Assembly: GCA_030295235.1 (NCBI GenBank)
Contig: AP026157.1
Location: forward strand, 310,001 to 374,000
Length of the DNA stretch: 64,000 bases
Direction: 5' to 3'
From: Fistulifera solaris
Lineage: Eukaryota
Under the pieces are notes generated by a model, which saw only the letters and a list, made by a program, of their open reading frames with translations, did not search any database and was not told the origin of the DNA. Positions 1 to 13,047 of the stretch are shown here, piece after piece (the stretch's first letter is position 1; every line of letters starts with the position of its first letter). Made by a program: the position numbers and the translations under genes.

Positions 1-530
1 TCGATGTAGGTCTCGCGAATGATGACTTTGAAGAGGCAGGGTCCGCTGATAATGCCGTTAATGGTGTACTGGTCCCGCCAGATAGTGATTTTATCGATGG
101 CGGTCGAACTGAGGTTGTTGAGGAGGCAGTTTGCTGCCATGTAGGAGTCCTGGGCCGCTCGTGTCTGACTGCTGACATAGGTGCGGGCATGTTCCTGGAT
201 GTGCTCCAAAGTGATATCACCGTAGTTGGTGATCAGGTTCGTCGTGTGCTGGGCAGGTTCGGCCTGCTCAAGGTCGACTGGGATGTTGAAGATGATTCCC
301 CATCCAAAGTTGTTGGCATGGATGCCAAATGCCTCGATGAAGGCAACGCATGCGACCGGGATCGCGAAGTCAAAACGTTCTTCGCCAATCTGCTTCGTAG
401 CAGTCTCGTACAGGCGAGAACCCTCACGGGTGGCGAAGTTAATGACTTGGTTTGTGCTCAAGCCGGGGCTTAGAGCGAAGGGAACTGCGTTGGGCGCGGC
501 GTTGGCGTTGTTCGCGTTAGCGTCAGCCAT
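1..530 (-). CDS. gag: Gag N-terminus of a CoDi-type Ty1/Copia retrotransposon (runs off the left edge of the window)
   Basis: Hand translation from ATG 530 is open to base 1: MADANANNANAAPNAVPFALSPGLSTNQVINFATREGSRLYETATK...GWGIIFNIP...NLITNYGDITLEHI...RAAQDSYMAANCLLNNLS...KITIWRDQY...SGPCLFKVIIRETYID. FALSP, NL..NYG, RAAQDS and SG..L.KVIIRE match diatom Copia Gag as I recall it. Not in the ORF track because there is no stop in the window. Confidence 0.8.
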   Translation of the reverse strand, partial: MADANANNANAAPNAVPFALSPGLSTNQVINFATREGSRLYETATKQIGEERFDFAIPVACVAFIEAFGIHANNFGWGIIFNIPVDLEQAEPAQHTTNLITNYGDITLEHIQEHARTYVSSQTRAAQDSYMAANCLLNNLSSTAIDKITIWRDQYTINGIISGPCLFKVIIRETYI

Positions 531-637
531 TTCGTCGGAACGAAAGAAGTCGTCGTGAAAGCTCGGAGCTTTGTTGTCACTTGGCAGAGGAAGCGTGTTG
601 AAATCCACCGATGTCGGGACCGTCGGAGGATTGGGCT

Positions 638-702
638 GAACGGATCAGAGGCCTGAACGGATCAGAGTTGTGTGCGAACGGATTGCTGCAAACGGATTGC
701 TG
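638..702. repeat. Short direct repeats in the retroelement leader (GAACGGATCAGAG x2, AACGGATTGCTG x2)
   Basis: Read directly: gaacggatcagag gcct gaacggatcagag ttgtgtgcg aacggattgctg ca aacggattgctg. Confidence 0.8.
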
Positions 703-1344
703 GTGATAAAACTAGATGCTAATCTTATAAGGCTATCGTATTCTATTGTTCGTGATCTTTTCACTTCAAAGATGTCGCATTTCAACATGTAAGATACTCC
801 GTAATAAAATGGCAACGTCAGCTGTATAGGTCTTGTCAGTGTATTGGGATGCTTTTCCACTGCAGTTAGCCATATCGGGAACGAGTTTCGGAGAATAGTT
901 TGATCGCTGTTCGCTACTCAATTCCCTATAGTAAGAACTCGTGTAAACGAGACTTTCCCGTTGGTTCATGACTCGTTTACTCACGGGTTATTCAACACAC
1001 CACGATGACATAAACGAGTTGCCCTTCAGAATCCAAACAAAAAAATAATGAGCCTGACACACATACTTTATCATTTGTACAAATAATACACCGCTTCCTT
1101 TTCTTTGACTCCTCATCGTGCTCTGAAATATGATGATGGAACGGAATTTTTCCGCGAGCAGGTATTGTTCTCACAAGCTCTCTTGTTCAACTACATGTTA
1201 TCAATTCAAACTAAAAAGTACGCTAAAATCATGCTACTGTTTATGGACGCACAATCTTGCCGCAATCTATCTCACTAAGCAAGTTTTTTACAGCCGTGCA
1301 GACATTTATTATTCATCATTCATTCTTTCATTCATTCATTCATC

Positions 1345-3338
1345 ATGATTGTCAACATGCAATACCTCAAGGTGCCCCCCCTCGCTCTCGGTTGTGCCCT
1401 TCCGCGAACAGTTGCTGATCCTCGACCGTCGACAGTACTGCAGCTAGACCTATCATCTCCTGTTGGCCGTCCCCCTGATTGCCACAACACCATCTGTCTC
1501 TCTGTTCCCTCAGATGGAGACCCCAAAATCGTTATCGGAGCTCACTCGATGTTCGATTACATCTTCCAGTGCAATTTTGGGGACGCACGTTGTTCGTTGG
1601 GTACGGTCTACCAGATTGAGGGAACAGGTGTTTTGCTGGAGGTATCCCTGCTCTTTGGTCCTTCCAGTTCGACGGGTTCTATTGCTGTGTTTGAAGGTTG
1701 CCTTAGTGGTGCCAGCGCTACCGATGGATCCGATAGCACCCACAACGAAGGAATATTTCCTGACTGTGTCAGAGACGATTCTAACCAAGGCACTCGTTGG
1801 ATAGCAAAAAGGGTCATTTCTACTCAATCGTGGTATATGCGCGATTGGGTCCTTCTTCCAAGCCTTTCATTCTTCGCGTTAACACTGCAAAATCGTATCC
1901 AGTTTGCGACACAGAGGAAAAGAAAATGATTGCTCCCGTTGATCTGGGTACTGTGAACGCGACTTCTGTCTGCGAAGACTCTTCAGCGGTTGATATGGTG
2001 TCGGGCAGATTCTCGGCAACCGTCAATCATCATGATGCCAAATTATACAGAGACCTCCACGCTTGCTTCGCAATGTATCACGGTCAGCAAGATAGATTGC
2101 AGTCATCCTACGTTTCGATTGCAGAGCCCATCAATAGTCCTGCAAGGGTCTTCAAGATAACCGGTGACGGAGAAACTTATGTTGCTTATGCAACTCATTC
2201 CTCCGCTCCTGATCCATATACTATTCTAAGTGACTTCGTCAAGATGGCTCTTTTCACTGTCAGTGAATGTGAAGCCACACCACAATGTGTTCAGGGACAT
2301 GAGTACCGTAGGACTATCTCTTTCGAAACAACTGCTGGTGAGACCTACTACTTGGCAGTCTACAATGATGACGGCGACAGTTTGGAAACACTCGACTTGC
2401 AACTCTCTTTTTTGTCTAGTAAGGCTCCTTGCGAAGATGCAACCAATCTAGGAATAGTTGGCAGTTCAGGGCGAACAATTAGCGGCACAATGGATGGAGC
2501 TAATCTGTACAAGGGCTTAGAATACGGTTCTTTTTATGAGATTATTCGTGCGCGAGTTTTTGCCTTCGTTGCAGAGAAGGACGGTCCATTTATGGTCACT
2601 GTCAAGGGGTCTGTCACAACACCCTACAACTGCAGCAAGATTTGTTGGGGTTTGGTACGGGGAGAGTGTTTGCATTACACGTTGCTCCATGTAACGGCTG
2701 TGCCGAGCTGTGATGTCAAGGCCAAATTGAGGAATCCTGGCACTCCTTATTTTGCTACGTCAGGAGTTTCGTATGACGTTGTCGTCTTCTCAAATCATTT
2801 GTTCGCCTCCGAAGACTTCCAGCTAGCTATAGACTTTTTAGAAACCGCCGAAGTCTGTGGTAGCGAGCACGTTGTGAATATGGGATCTATTCCTGATGAA
2901 GGTACTGTATTCAGCGGAACCACAGAGTTCGCTCCTTTGTTTGTACTTCCCCAGTCGTGTCAGGTCCACAATAACTACGCTTCACCAGTGACGCGTGCAG
3001 CTAAATTCAGTCTAACAGGCGACGGAAATACCTATATGCTTATTATGGGCGCGTATTCCTCTCACTTCCAGATACTCGTGTTTCAAGGGAGCTGTGAGGA
3101 TTTGGAATGCATGCCCCAACCTGAAGCGAGCCGCGTCTTGTTGGATACCAAGGTGGGCGAGACCTACACGGTTTTAGTTAGCGACGGGACAAGCAACGGG
3201 GAATTCATTTTGCACGTCAACAAAAAGGCAGCCCTGGTAAGCGTCATTGCTGACTCGATGGAGACAGTCTTGCATCTGCTGGCCTTTATATGTTTGTTTG
3301 CCTCTGTGTTCGGTGGTCTTGCCCGCTATCGTATATAA
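1345..3338 (+). CDS. Family A paralog 1: Cys-rich repeat-domain surface protein, short form (about 4 domains plus C-terminal hydrophobic anchor)
   Basis: ORFs 1345-1929 and 1797-3338 join by a frameshift at the A-run near 1806 (GTRWIAK|KGHFYSIVVY, compare GARWHAKAGQLYTIVVY in paralog 2). Repeats read C.DA..LG...GT...(VF/FS)..GDG..Y...VF.GSC..L.C...GETY.I.V. Tail LLAFICLFASVFGG. Confidence 0.75.
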
Positions 3339-4005
3339 GCTTTACGGTTTCTATGATCCAGACGCTGTCGGTGACTCGATAAGCTTGGGAAGTTGGATCG
3401 CACGGCCATTTTGGATACACATTGAAAGCGGTGATAGCAACGGCGCGCTCGGTTGACTGTCTTTTCAGTGTAATAAGGTAATACGATGAAGCTATGTGTA
3501 ACTGGTTTGAACCTAGAAAACAAGCATTTCTCTTGAAGACCATGTGACACATACTATTGGGAAGGAGTGAGAGCAACAGATGAGATCAACTAATAGAGTC
3601 GAGAAAACCTTCTGAACTACCGACTGACAATGGCTCCTCTCATGCAGGATTTAACTGTTGACGGTTCCGTTGTATACCTCTTCAATTGGTATAGCTTGCT
3701 TCTCAAACGTCCCGGAACCGTGCAAGTGACGATCTTTTGACAAGAAAAAAATGATGCTTAAATCGCGTACTCTCTCTCTATAGAGTAGATCGCTACTACA
3801 ATGAGGATAATGAGGTGGACGTCAGTACCCGTACGTCTTCGGGAGTGAATGTACTGAAGCATACGGGGGACGCGCTGTGTTTTTTTACTCCGTGTTTCGT
3901 TTTTCCATTACTTTCTATTCATTTGAATTGATGATGATGAGAGTGTGATGATTGTTCTTTTTGATTACACAAAATGAAAAAGAATGAAATAATAAGTGCT
4001 TGAAA

Positions 4006-4115
4006 TTTTTGCGCCCAAGTACCATAATGACGCCCGACAGCCGGTAGGCATTATCGTTGAACTTCACATTCGAGGGACATCGAGCTCGCATTCGGAAGGA
4101 AACAGAAAAAATGAA
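4006..4115 (+). promoter_or_regulatory. Conserved upstream block of family A genes (copy before paralog 2)
   Basis: TTTTGCGCC.AA.GTACCA..TGACGCCCG...CTCGCATTCGGAAG.AAA recurs at 15241-15326 and 19164-19253, 200-350 bp before each ATG. Confidence 0.65.
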
Positions 4116-6463
4116 CCATTCATTATCATTCCATCAAGTTGTAGGCTCATCCGTGAATAATGCTACAATGGGAAGACACAACATTGGCAAATAAAGGTCA
4201 TTCTGCTTGCACAGCTTCTCATCCTTACAGAAAAAAATGGTCAAGAAACGCAACGCCCAATCATGGGCATTTTATTTTTTTACAAAGATTTGAGGAGCAG
4301 GAGTCGTCTCAGCTATTGGTTTCGCTTTTCTCAGTCCCTTTTATTCCGCATGCGCTCAATCCTGGTAATATTCCTGAACCTATACGGGGTCCTTTTCAAT
4401 AAGACGGCAGCCGACGGTGTCGCACTTCTCCCGCCGTCTCTCGGTGTTTCGGAAAAGGTTCCTCTTTCTCCTATTATGACAAAAGTAGGTTCTTTGTGCG
4501 AAAACAATATCAAGCTTTCTGTCCCTGTAAAGGGTAGCCCGACGATTGTTAGTGGAATCCATTCGAAGCTTTACTCCGTTTCGGATTGCTCTTCTTTGGA
4601 TCTTGGACAACCTCCGGCAACAGTCTATCAAATCGAAGGAACAGGTGCGATGCTCGAGATAACCATGTTCTCGGGTATGCTCGGCTCCTCGAGTGACCTT
4701 GCTGTTTTGGAAGATTGCTCGGAAGGGTATATTGCTGCATCCGATACGAAGGGCGGCACCGTCCCCCACTGCGTTCCAGGCCAGTATCACCAGGGTGCTC
4801 GCTGGCACGCCAAAGCGGGCCAACTATACACCATCGTTGTGTATTCCTACACAGATCTCTCTTCTAAGCATTTTATGTTTCGACTCAAAGCAGTGAAAGC
4901 AACCCCGATTTGCGGCGCCAGTATCCTTCCCATCGACTTGAGCACTCTCAACGCCACTTACAACTCCGTGCAGCGACTCGGCGGGCCCGAAGATAGCGTG
5001 ATGCCATCCGGACTTCCCTCGTGCGACTCCAAGCCACTGTCTTCTTCTGTTTTCTATAAGATTACTATAAGTCAGCCGAATGTGGCAGTATTGGTCCACG
5101 TGCAAGGTGGCGGTTCCCACGCAAGCGTCTATCGAGGTGATTGCGAGAACGGTTACTCGTGTCTTACTTCCGCCAACGTCGAGTACGGACTTCCCCCGAT
5201 TTATGATAATGGCGATGCGGAAAACGGAACTGATGGCGAAGTTTCCATTGAGGATGAAATCGCAGTTGTGGACCCTCAAGCTCGGCAGGGAAATATGCCA
5301 TTGCCTCGAATCGTGTACAACCTCCACTCGTTTCACAACGCCAAGGCAGAGACTTCTTATCTCATCGTGATCAGTTCGTGTTGTCATACGAATGTTGCCG
5401 ATTTTCGGCTGACGGTAAATTCCACTAATTACGGCAGTATTTGCGAGGATTCTGCAGCAATTGATTTGTCCTCCGGCTCCTTTTCCAATGCCGTCGACCT
5501 TTCCGGCGCAAAAGTATACAGAGATCTTTTGATGTGAACATCACCACCGTCTCCAACAAAGCACCTTGTGATGATGCGACTGACTTGGGATCAATGGGAA
5601 GTGCTGGACTAAACGTCAACGACACTTTGAACCGAGGTGGTTTCTACAGGGACTTGGACCTTTGCGGCGTAGTTGCTGGAATTTCTCGTCTTCGCGTTTT
5701 TTCGTTTATTGCAGAAGCAGATGGTCCAATGATGGCCACTGTCAAAGCAGAGTCAACGATGAAAGTGAACCCTCAATCTCCGTTACAGCATCTTGCGAGA
5801 CTAACGAGTGTGTTGCTGGCTTATCAACCCTTGATATCACATTGAAATCCCAGGCTGCGGTGTGGGACGCCAAAGTCGGGGCTCGTTATTACCTTTTGGT
5901 CAAAAGTCATGACTACACGATCACCGACGGAAACTTTCTTCTGACTGTACAAACCTTTCCGACAACGCCGCTTTGCGATCATAAAGATGTGGTTGACATA
6001 GGAACTATTCCCGACGAAGGCGTTAAATTCGACGGAAGCACAATATCTGAACTCTTGTTTTCTCTGCCAACATTATGTCAGATTTCAGACGGGCACTTGT
6101 CGTCAGCAATCCGTGGAATAGCCTTCACCTTTACAGGTGATGGAACTGCGCGCACGTTCTAAGTGTGGGCAGCGATATCGGCTTTAAGCCCCTAAGGTGA
6201 CTATATTCAAGGGGAGTTGTGATAGTCTTGAATGCCTCCCCACAGACTCACATACAGACAGCTTTTTGGTGGGGACCGAGCCGGGCGAAACGTATATAAT
6301 TTTGATTGGCGATTGCTGCACCTTGGGTATAGTCGACGGGACATTTACATTGCATGCCAAACGTGTCGTCACGGGCAACATGGCTGCAGATTTGACGGGG
6401 AAGATTGACTCTCTAGACAGTGTGAAAAAGATGTTGAATGGGTCAACTTCAACTGGTATTTTT

Positions 6464-6882
6464 TAACAATAGCTAGAAACGATTTGCACCTTTTCTGCTA
6501 TTGGTATCGCTCTCTGACGAGGGACGAGACACAGATGACAATCAAACGAACGATAAAGTAGGAGGCGACCCTACGCTTACGCGGCACCGGTAAACCTCCA
6601 GAAGGGAGCACTGCTTCAATCGGTCTACCTTGAGTTCCTCCACTACACGAGGGGGGAGAAACACAAGAGATGGTTATCGACGAGAGGCGAATAACAACAA
6701 CAACAAGACAGATCAAATTATGATTAGAAACGTTCGTTAATCTACTGCGTAAAACTGCGATTGCTCCCGAATCAAATCTGCTAAACGTGATAAATATGCA
6801 AATTGTGTCACAGCGTTGTCTTGAGGAAAAACCCAATGACCACGACCCAAATTCCAGTCGTGAGTGATCCAAACTATTGTTA
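6464..6882 (-). repeat. 3' LTR (419 bp), termini TAACAATAG...CTATTGTTA
   Basis: Direct repeat of 13155-13570. By eye it differs by about 4 substitutions and 3 nt of indels. Confidence 0.95.
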
Positions 6883-6894
6883 CTCCCCATTTTT
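6883..6894 (-). other. Polypurine tract (AAAAATGGGGAG on minus strand)
   Basis: Purine-rich run immediately 5' of the 3' LTR on the coding strand. Confidence 0.85.
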
Positions 6895-6985
6895 CCGAAG
6901 GACAACACACACAATTGATTCCAATGTAAACATGTAAGTAAAGTGCCCACCGCACATCCTCCCCAACAGCTGACAACAGTAGTTG

Positions 6986-9900
6986 TCAAGCTTCCACCTT
7001 ATCGTCCTCTTCGCCGTCGCTAGGCTTGCCACCGACTAGAAACAACAGAGGACGAAGAATGAACTTCCACGTCTTGGCGTAAGACCAATGCTTGCTAAGA
7101 AGGTCAGCAGCATTCAATTCTCCCGGAATGTAGTGAAACTCAATCATACCTGACGCAATAGCCTCACGCTGCGATGATACGACAACATCGTGTGGCTAGA
7201 AGTTTAGAACCAGGAAGTGCCGAGCTATCAACAACCGACTTGTTGTCACCGAACAGATAACTCGTCTTCCGAACCGGAATCCCCAAATAACGCAACGTCA
7301 AAGCGCAGGTCCGTAATCTGCTCAACCGCAGTACGTGCCGCACTAAATTCACTCCCATAAGTAGCTGTTTCCACAGTAGCCTGTTTCTTCGAATACCATT
7401 CATACGGGCGTGTTGTTGATCATATGCAGAATTCCTGTAACCGACTTGCCTGTCAACATGTCATGATAGAGATTGGCATCCACGTATGTAGTAGTCAACA
7501 CAGGCTTTCCCAAAGACTCCGGTGCGTCATGTGGAATCATTTCCTCAGCACCAGCATAGACGGAATAATCCCAATCGTGGACAACTGCCGGCAACGTGCT
7601 GTAGTCAGGCTCCGAAACATCCACGCGAATAGCCGAATGACGGAACTTATACAGATATCCGTAGATGCGCTTGACACGATCCATGTGCCCAAAGCGTGGT
7701 TCCGAGCGAAACGATGACATCGACATGACAGCTGTAAAGATATCAATCCGACCAATCGTGACGAGCCACTGCAATGCACCAATGAGCGATTGATACGTCT
7801 TCGTCTTCTCATCATCAAGGAATTCTGAAGTGTCAAGCTCTGGATGATCATTTGGCTCTAACGGCGACTGGTAGTTCCGAGGCTTCTGACCGAAGACACG
7901 CTCATAATTGACGAACATCCGCTCCAGGTATTTTGTCGGCGAGTAGCTAAGAGTGTCCGTCGAGTCTTTGACGAAGTTCATCCCCAAATGAAAAAACACA
8001 GGCCCTGTTCCCTTCAATTTGAAACCGTACTTGTGCTTCAGTGCTTCGACAATCAGCATCGGTTGCTTCGATACGATGAGCAAATCGTCGACATAAACGG
8101 CAATGTACTCGTACAAGTCATCACAACGACGCATCCACACGTCTGGTTCCGACTTCGAAGGGAAGAAACCCATTTCACGGAGAACATCGGCAAGTCGTTC
8201 CGCCCAACGGTAATTACTCGAGCGCAAGCCATACAACGCTTTGACGATGACAAGAATGTGGTCTTTCAACTCACCGAACTCTGGACCGGCGATGATGTAC
8301 ACTTTCTCACGCGTCTTGGCTTCGAGATATGCATTACCGACATCGGTCGCATAAAGCTCTTGGTTAAGCTCTGCAACGAAGACAACGACGCGAATACCCT
8401 TGATGGTAACAACTCCGGCGTAAACACTATCTAACGGAATATCCGTCAAATGTCCGTCAGCAACAAGTCTCGCTTTGTGGCGACCGTCATGTTTCACGTC
8501 GTATACAAAGTGAACTCGAATTTTCTTGTAACCGTCGAGAGGCCGAACTTTATCCTTGTGTCCACAGTCACGGAACGTGGAGTACTCATGGAGCGAACCA
8601 GACTCCAAAGCGGTTGCGTCCATCCACTTGGTGTTTCCATTCCGTTCATCCAACAAGATGGCGTGGAGAAAGTTCCGCGGAATCTCATACCCATACTTGT
8701 ATCGTGGTGCTGTATTGTAGGAACGAAGCTTGGCTTGTTTGACGAGACGTTCAAATATTTTCTCCTTCTTCTTTGCCATCGCACGGAACCGACGCCAACC
8801 ATTGGCATGCAACAAATCATTGGCCTTGGCGTAAATTGCACATTCGACCGGTGCCTCCTTTGCAAATTGATCCAACGGCATCCAGGTCACCTCCCCATTC
8901 TCCCATGCAACCTTGACGTTGTACGGCGATCCTGCATACTCTTTGTTCTTATCAGTAAGCGGGCCTTGGTTATCCACAATCTTCCGGAATTTCCATGCAG
9001 TAGGATTCGCGATGTCACGGTTAATGTACTCCATGACCTCCCCATAGGTCAGCATCGCCTCAAATTGACCGTCGTTGATGGAACAACGATACTGGATGCG
9101 GTTGCGATTCTGCTCAAATTCGGCCGCAGCCTCAGCAATATCACCAGCGATGCCCAGGATCTTAGCTCGATACTTGAGTCCTTCGGGGTTCGGGATCGTA
9201 AAGGAACGACCAATCAGCTCGTCCGGGGTGAAAGATCGGAACATCGGCACGACTTGAACCATGCTCCCCATCCAGCTCACGGCGAGAAACCAGTTCGAGC
9301 TGACGGGCAGGAGGGGGTCCAATCTCCCCATCAATCGGGCGATGATCCGAGGTGGTGCTACAAGCGGATCGACCACGGCGGTTCGGGTCGGTCTCCGTTT
9401 CAGCCGAAGCCGGACAGCAGAACGGTGAATGATGCGTCGGCTCCCCATGGTCAGAATCTTGAACGTCATGGCGTTACCGACGTTCTTGGAGACTCCCACA
9501 AAGTAACCGACATCTTCACGAGACTGCGATGGAAACGAGTGTGCATCAACACGATAATACACTTTCTCAAAGAAGCGGAAGCGAATGAAAGGACTGATGT
9601 CGGGCGTGTTGCCATTCAAAACGCCGAAGTGGAACGTCCTTGAGCGCACGATTGTAATGCGTATGGTTAAGGATATCGGCGACATGCGACAAACATTCAA
9701 ACCATAAATCGTCCGGCGCACCCGATCTGTCCATGACAATGTCACAAATCCATTTTGACGTCTTGAATCTTCCGTTCAGCATAGTTCTGGTGCTGGTAAC
9801 TACCTTCACTCATCCAACTGCCAATAAAAAGAGTGTCGAGGATGTCCTGGACACGTTTGTTGACCACAGCTTTGGCTTGGTCGCTAAGGACGCGTGTTGG

Positions 9901-12900
9901 TGCACCGCGATCGCGAATGACGTCCGTCAGCACAGTAGCAAAGTGCGTTTGACTGTGAAGAGGATAGATATCGATCACACCGGAATCGACACCAACGAAG
10001 AGTTGGGCATGCTTCACACCGAGGCCAAAAGCTTTCGTGTTGGAAAAGATGGTATCCGTGGCGATCGCTTCCTTGCGACGTGCAACATTCATGGCAGGAT
10101 GCGGCGATTTGAAGAGCTTCTGCAACACTGGGGAGTTGTATTCACGCGCATACTGTGTGGTGCGAGCAAAGGTCTCCTTGATAACATCGAAACCAAGATA
10201 AGCAAGCATCGGACGGACCTTTTCGACGTCGACTGGTTTCATCCGAATGTCAAGAATCGGCGAACGTCGTGAGTCGGTGGATCTGTAGAAATTAAAGTAG
10301 TTTCATCAGATGGCGTTGATTCACCCGTTAAAGCCGGAATCCCTGGAGTCACGTTGTTGACTTGCGACGGCGGAGTGTTCTCTGGTGGCACAGAAGGTAC
10401 AATCTCGTTGTCAGCAACAGTAAGAGCTGCAAAAACGTCAACAATATCCTGAACCGGGTCGAAACGATCGAGATCTTCGAGCGGATCAAACGGAGGGACC
10501 GATTGCAACACATTAGTGACGACGCGAGCAATGGCAGTGGCGATGACGGAATCGTGGAGATGAGCGTCGATATAGCTACGGTACTCGCCGAATTCGTCGA
10601 AGAGATTCGCATCCGATGTGTCTTCCAGAGCAGGCGGAGGCGGTCCCTTCCATTCATCGTCATCCATCTTGTGATCGAGCACTGTCGGATCCCATTCCTT
10701 GTCGTCAGTGAGGAAGATGTGTGGCAGTTCATCCCATTCCTCGTCGGTGTATGGGCGAATGTCCAATCGACAGAGACCTCGCGTAACGATGAGTGGTAAA
10801 ACGTATCCGTCCTTGGTGAGGATCCGCTGCGTACCACCGACCTTTACAGATCGATCATCCACCTTTTGTCCATACTTCTCCAACTGTCCAGATGAATGGA
10901 TCGTGACACCGCGCCCGTGTAAGCGTACTTATGGAACACAGCAATCCGCTCGCGGACTTGGGTCTTGACAACTCCAGCAACCGTGGCAATCGGAACTCGG
11001 GGCATCTGGTGGTTATCTATGCCTTGGATGTCAACAAAACGATCCGGAACCGTTCGCATAAGGCGTACATCTTCACCACCTACACCACCATTCGCTCCAC
11101 GGTCAATGAGCGATAACTTGGTGTCCGAGATCACTCGATTGCTGACCGAGTAAACATGGGCCATGTTGACGCTAACTTGATCGAAGTTGACGCTTTTCTT
11201 TCCACTTGTATTCGTCTTGGGGCCTTGAATAGTTTTCTTCTCCAAAGTATTATGCAGGGACCCTGGATGCAACGAGTGCTTTTCGTTCTTGAAAGGATTC
11301 GACTTCGTTTGGTTGATTTCGACAGCTTGCGTTTTGTCGTCATCGTCATCTTCGGTGTACGACTCGTTACGAGAATGAACAAGCGCTGACAGCATCTGAC
11401 TGAGCGTGACGTCTCCCAGCGTGGCGTCACTCATGTTTGCTTGACGAGCAGTACCTGGATACTTTTCGCTACGCTTGGCAGGCGGTTGCTTCGAGGCGGA
11501 GTTGACACGATGCATGATCGTCGATTTTCCCGCATCGGAGAGCTTGTCCCAGACGATACGGTCTTCAGGCGACAATTTTGACCACTGTTCGCGAGTGAGC
11601 TTGGGGAAATAGCCTGTCTGTCCGCTAGCAAGATATGCTTCATACGTGTCCTCCCCACTCAACAATTCACCGTGTTCAAGTCTTCGATCGGGTCTCCAAA
11701 GATGTCGTGTGTAGACGTTAAGCTTTCCGCCCTTGCTCGTAGCACGGAACTGATCGTCGTGCTCTAAAGCGGCAACCATCAATGCTTCCATGTACTTCGT
11801 GACTGAGGTTGGTACCAGTACCAATCTTCATAATACCGGCACTGCTGCGAACATTCATCAGGCATGGGATACCTTTGATGAGATTCTGTGTGAGAGAGTT
11901 CTTCATCGCATTGGAAAGACGTTCTTCGTGTGGCACAAGGGAGTCGTGAACGACGAAGCTCACTTTGAAATTGAAGGAGGTAGAACTCGTAAGACATTCC
12001 TTTTCCATCCGTGAGCATTCGAACTCGCATGAGCTTGGCGAGTAAATCTTGAGCCGTTAAAGACGAGTTCGTGGAGTCGGTGTAATACTCGAGAACCTCG
12101 CGGAAAACTGCCTGTGCATCCTTGTCCTCAATGTGCTCGTTGAGAATCTGTCGACTCTTTGCGGTCTTGAGCGTGGTATCGAAAACTGCAAGCATGTACT
12201 TTTTCTGCAGTTTGAACAATTCTTCATCCTCCCTCGGTCAGCGGTACGTAGTCTGGATCTAGCACTTCCGAACAATCTTGATTATCAGCATGACGACGCT
12301 GGTCGAATCGTACCAGTCCAGCCATTGGTTTTGATGCTTCAAGACCATGAAAGCTGCTTCGTTCCGTTTTGCTTTCATGAAATTCTGCGCTTTCGTCGGA
12401 GTGTATGGGGCGTACGAGGTGTGCACTGACTTGGTCGGGAGAGGCAGGCGAAGGTATCACAAAGCCAGGATGCATCGGAAGAGACAGGAACGTCGTCTGG
12501 AACCGGGGCGGCTGTAATGTTCCTCCCACATTTCAAAAGTAACCGCATAGAAACTTGATTCCGTACGATAGTTCCGAGTGTTCAAAGATCGTACAAACTT
12601 GTGAAACTTGATGAGTGAGATGATAGCGCCATTCAATGGTTGAATTCGATTTCCCCTCTCATCCATGTACGAAAGTGCGTCGATATACTGTGGCTCGTTG
12701 TCGTACTTGAAGTGCATGCACGAATCCATCCCGTTTGCAACAAGTGCCTTGTAGATCGGCGAGTCTTTTGTAACTTTCCGTAAACATTCAACATGAGATG
12801 TTCAAAGGCGGTAAACTCTACATCGACTTCTTCCTTTTTCTCGACCTTCGTATCTTCGACTTCCTTCTCCCCTTTTTGCTCACTTTCGACTTGACTTTCG

Positions 12901-13047
12901 TCGTTCTTTTTCTTCACGTCTCTTTTCTTTGTCATCTTTGTCCTTTACTCGAAGTTCCGGTTCATTCTTCTCTTCTTCGGTGCTAGTCTTGTTGTCAGGA
13001 TCCGGATCAGGCGGAGGACGCTTCTTCTCAGCCTTGGGTTTAGCCAT
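6986..13047 (-). CDS. gag-pol: Gag-Pol polyprotein, broken into many ORFs by frameshifts
   Basis: Start MAKPKAEKK (ATG 13047); protease LIDRGANGG (~11090-11110); integrase ATDTIFS...VLSDQA...HQNYAERKIQ (9742-10242); RT KARLVADG, DVGNAYLEA, KALYGL, YVDDLL; RNase H YVDANLYHD...GKSVTG, FGDNKSVV, NAADLLSK; stop at 6986. Confidence 0.92.

Larger units (their letters stand above)
1..997 (-). mobile_element. 5' end (leader plus probable 5' LTR) of a second Copia/CoDi element; LTR limits uncertain
   Basis: Lies upstream of gag. Candidate LTRs are 704-997 (TGTTGAA...TTATCA on minus) or 726-930 (TATAGGG...CCTTATA, imperfect inverted ends). The partner LTR is outside the window. Confidence 0.55.

Noticed and set aside
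6498..6989. Extra ORF 3' of pol (env-like)
   Set aside because: It lies mostly within the LTR, is partly duplicated at 13333-13692, starts at a non-ATG codon and has no protein-like features.
8450..9643. 397-aa plus-strand ORF inside the retrotransposon
   Set aside because: Antisense shadow of pol with no recognisable motifs.
11088..11110. Protease active site D-R-G instead of D-S/T-G
   Set aside because: Variant motifs such as DRGANG are, to my recollection, usual in diatom CoDi proteases, so this is not new.
6986..13047. Programmed ribosomal frameshifting in Gag-Pol or host genes
   Set aside because: Breaks are numerous and scattered, and they also hit housekeeping genes; sequencing error is simpler.
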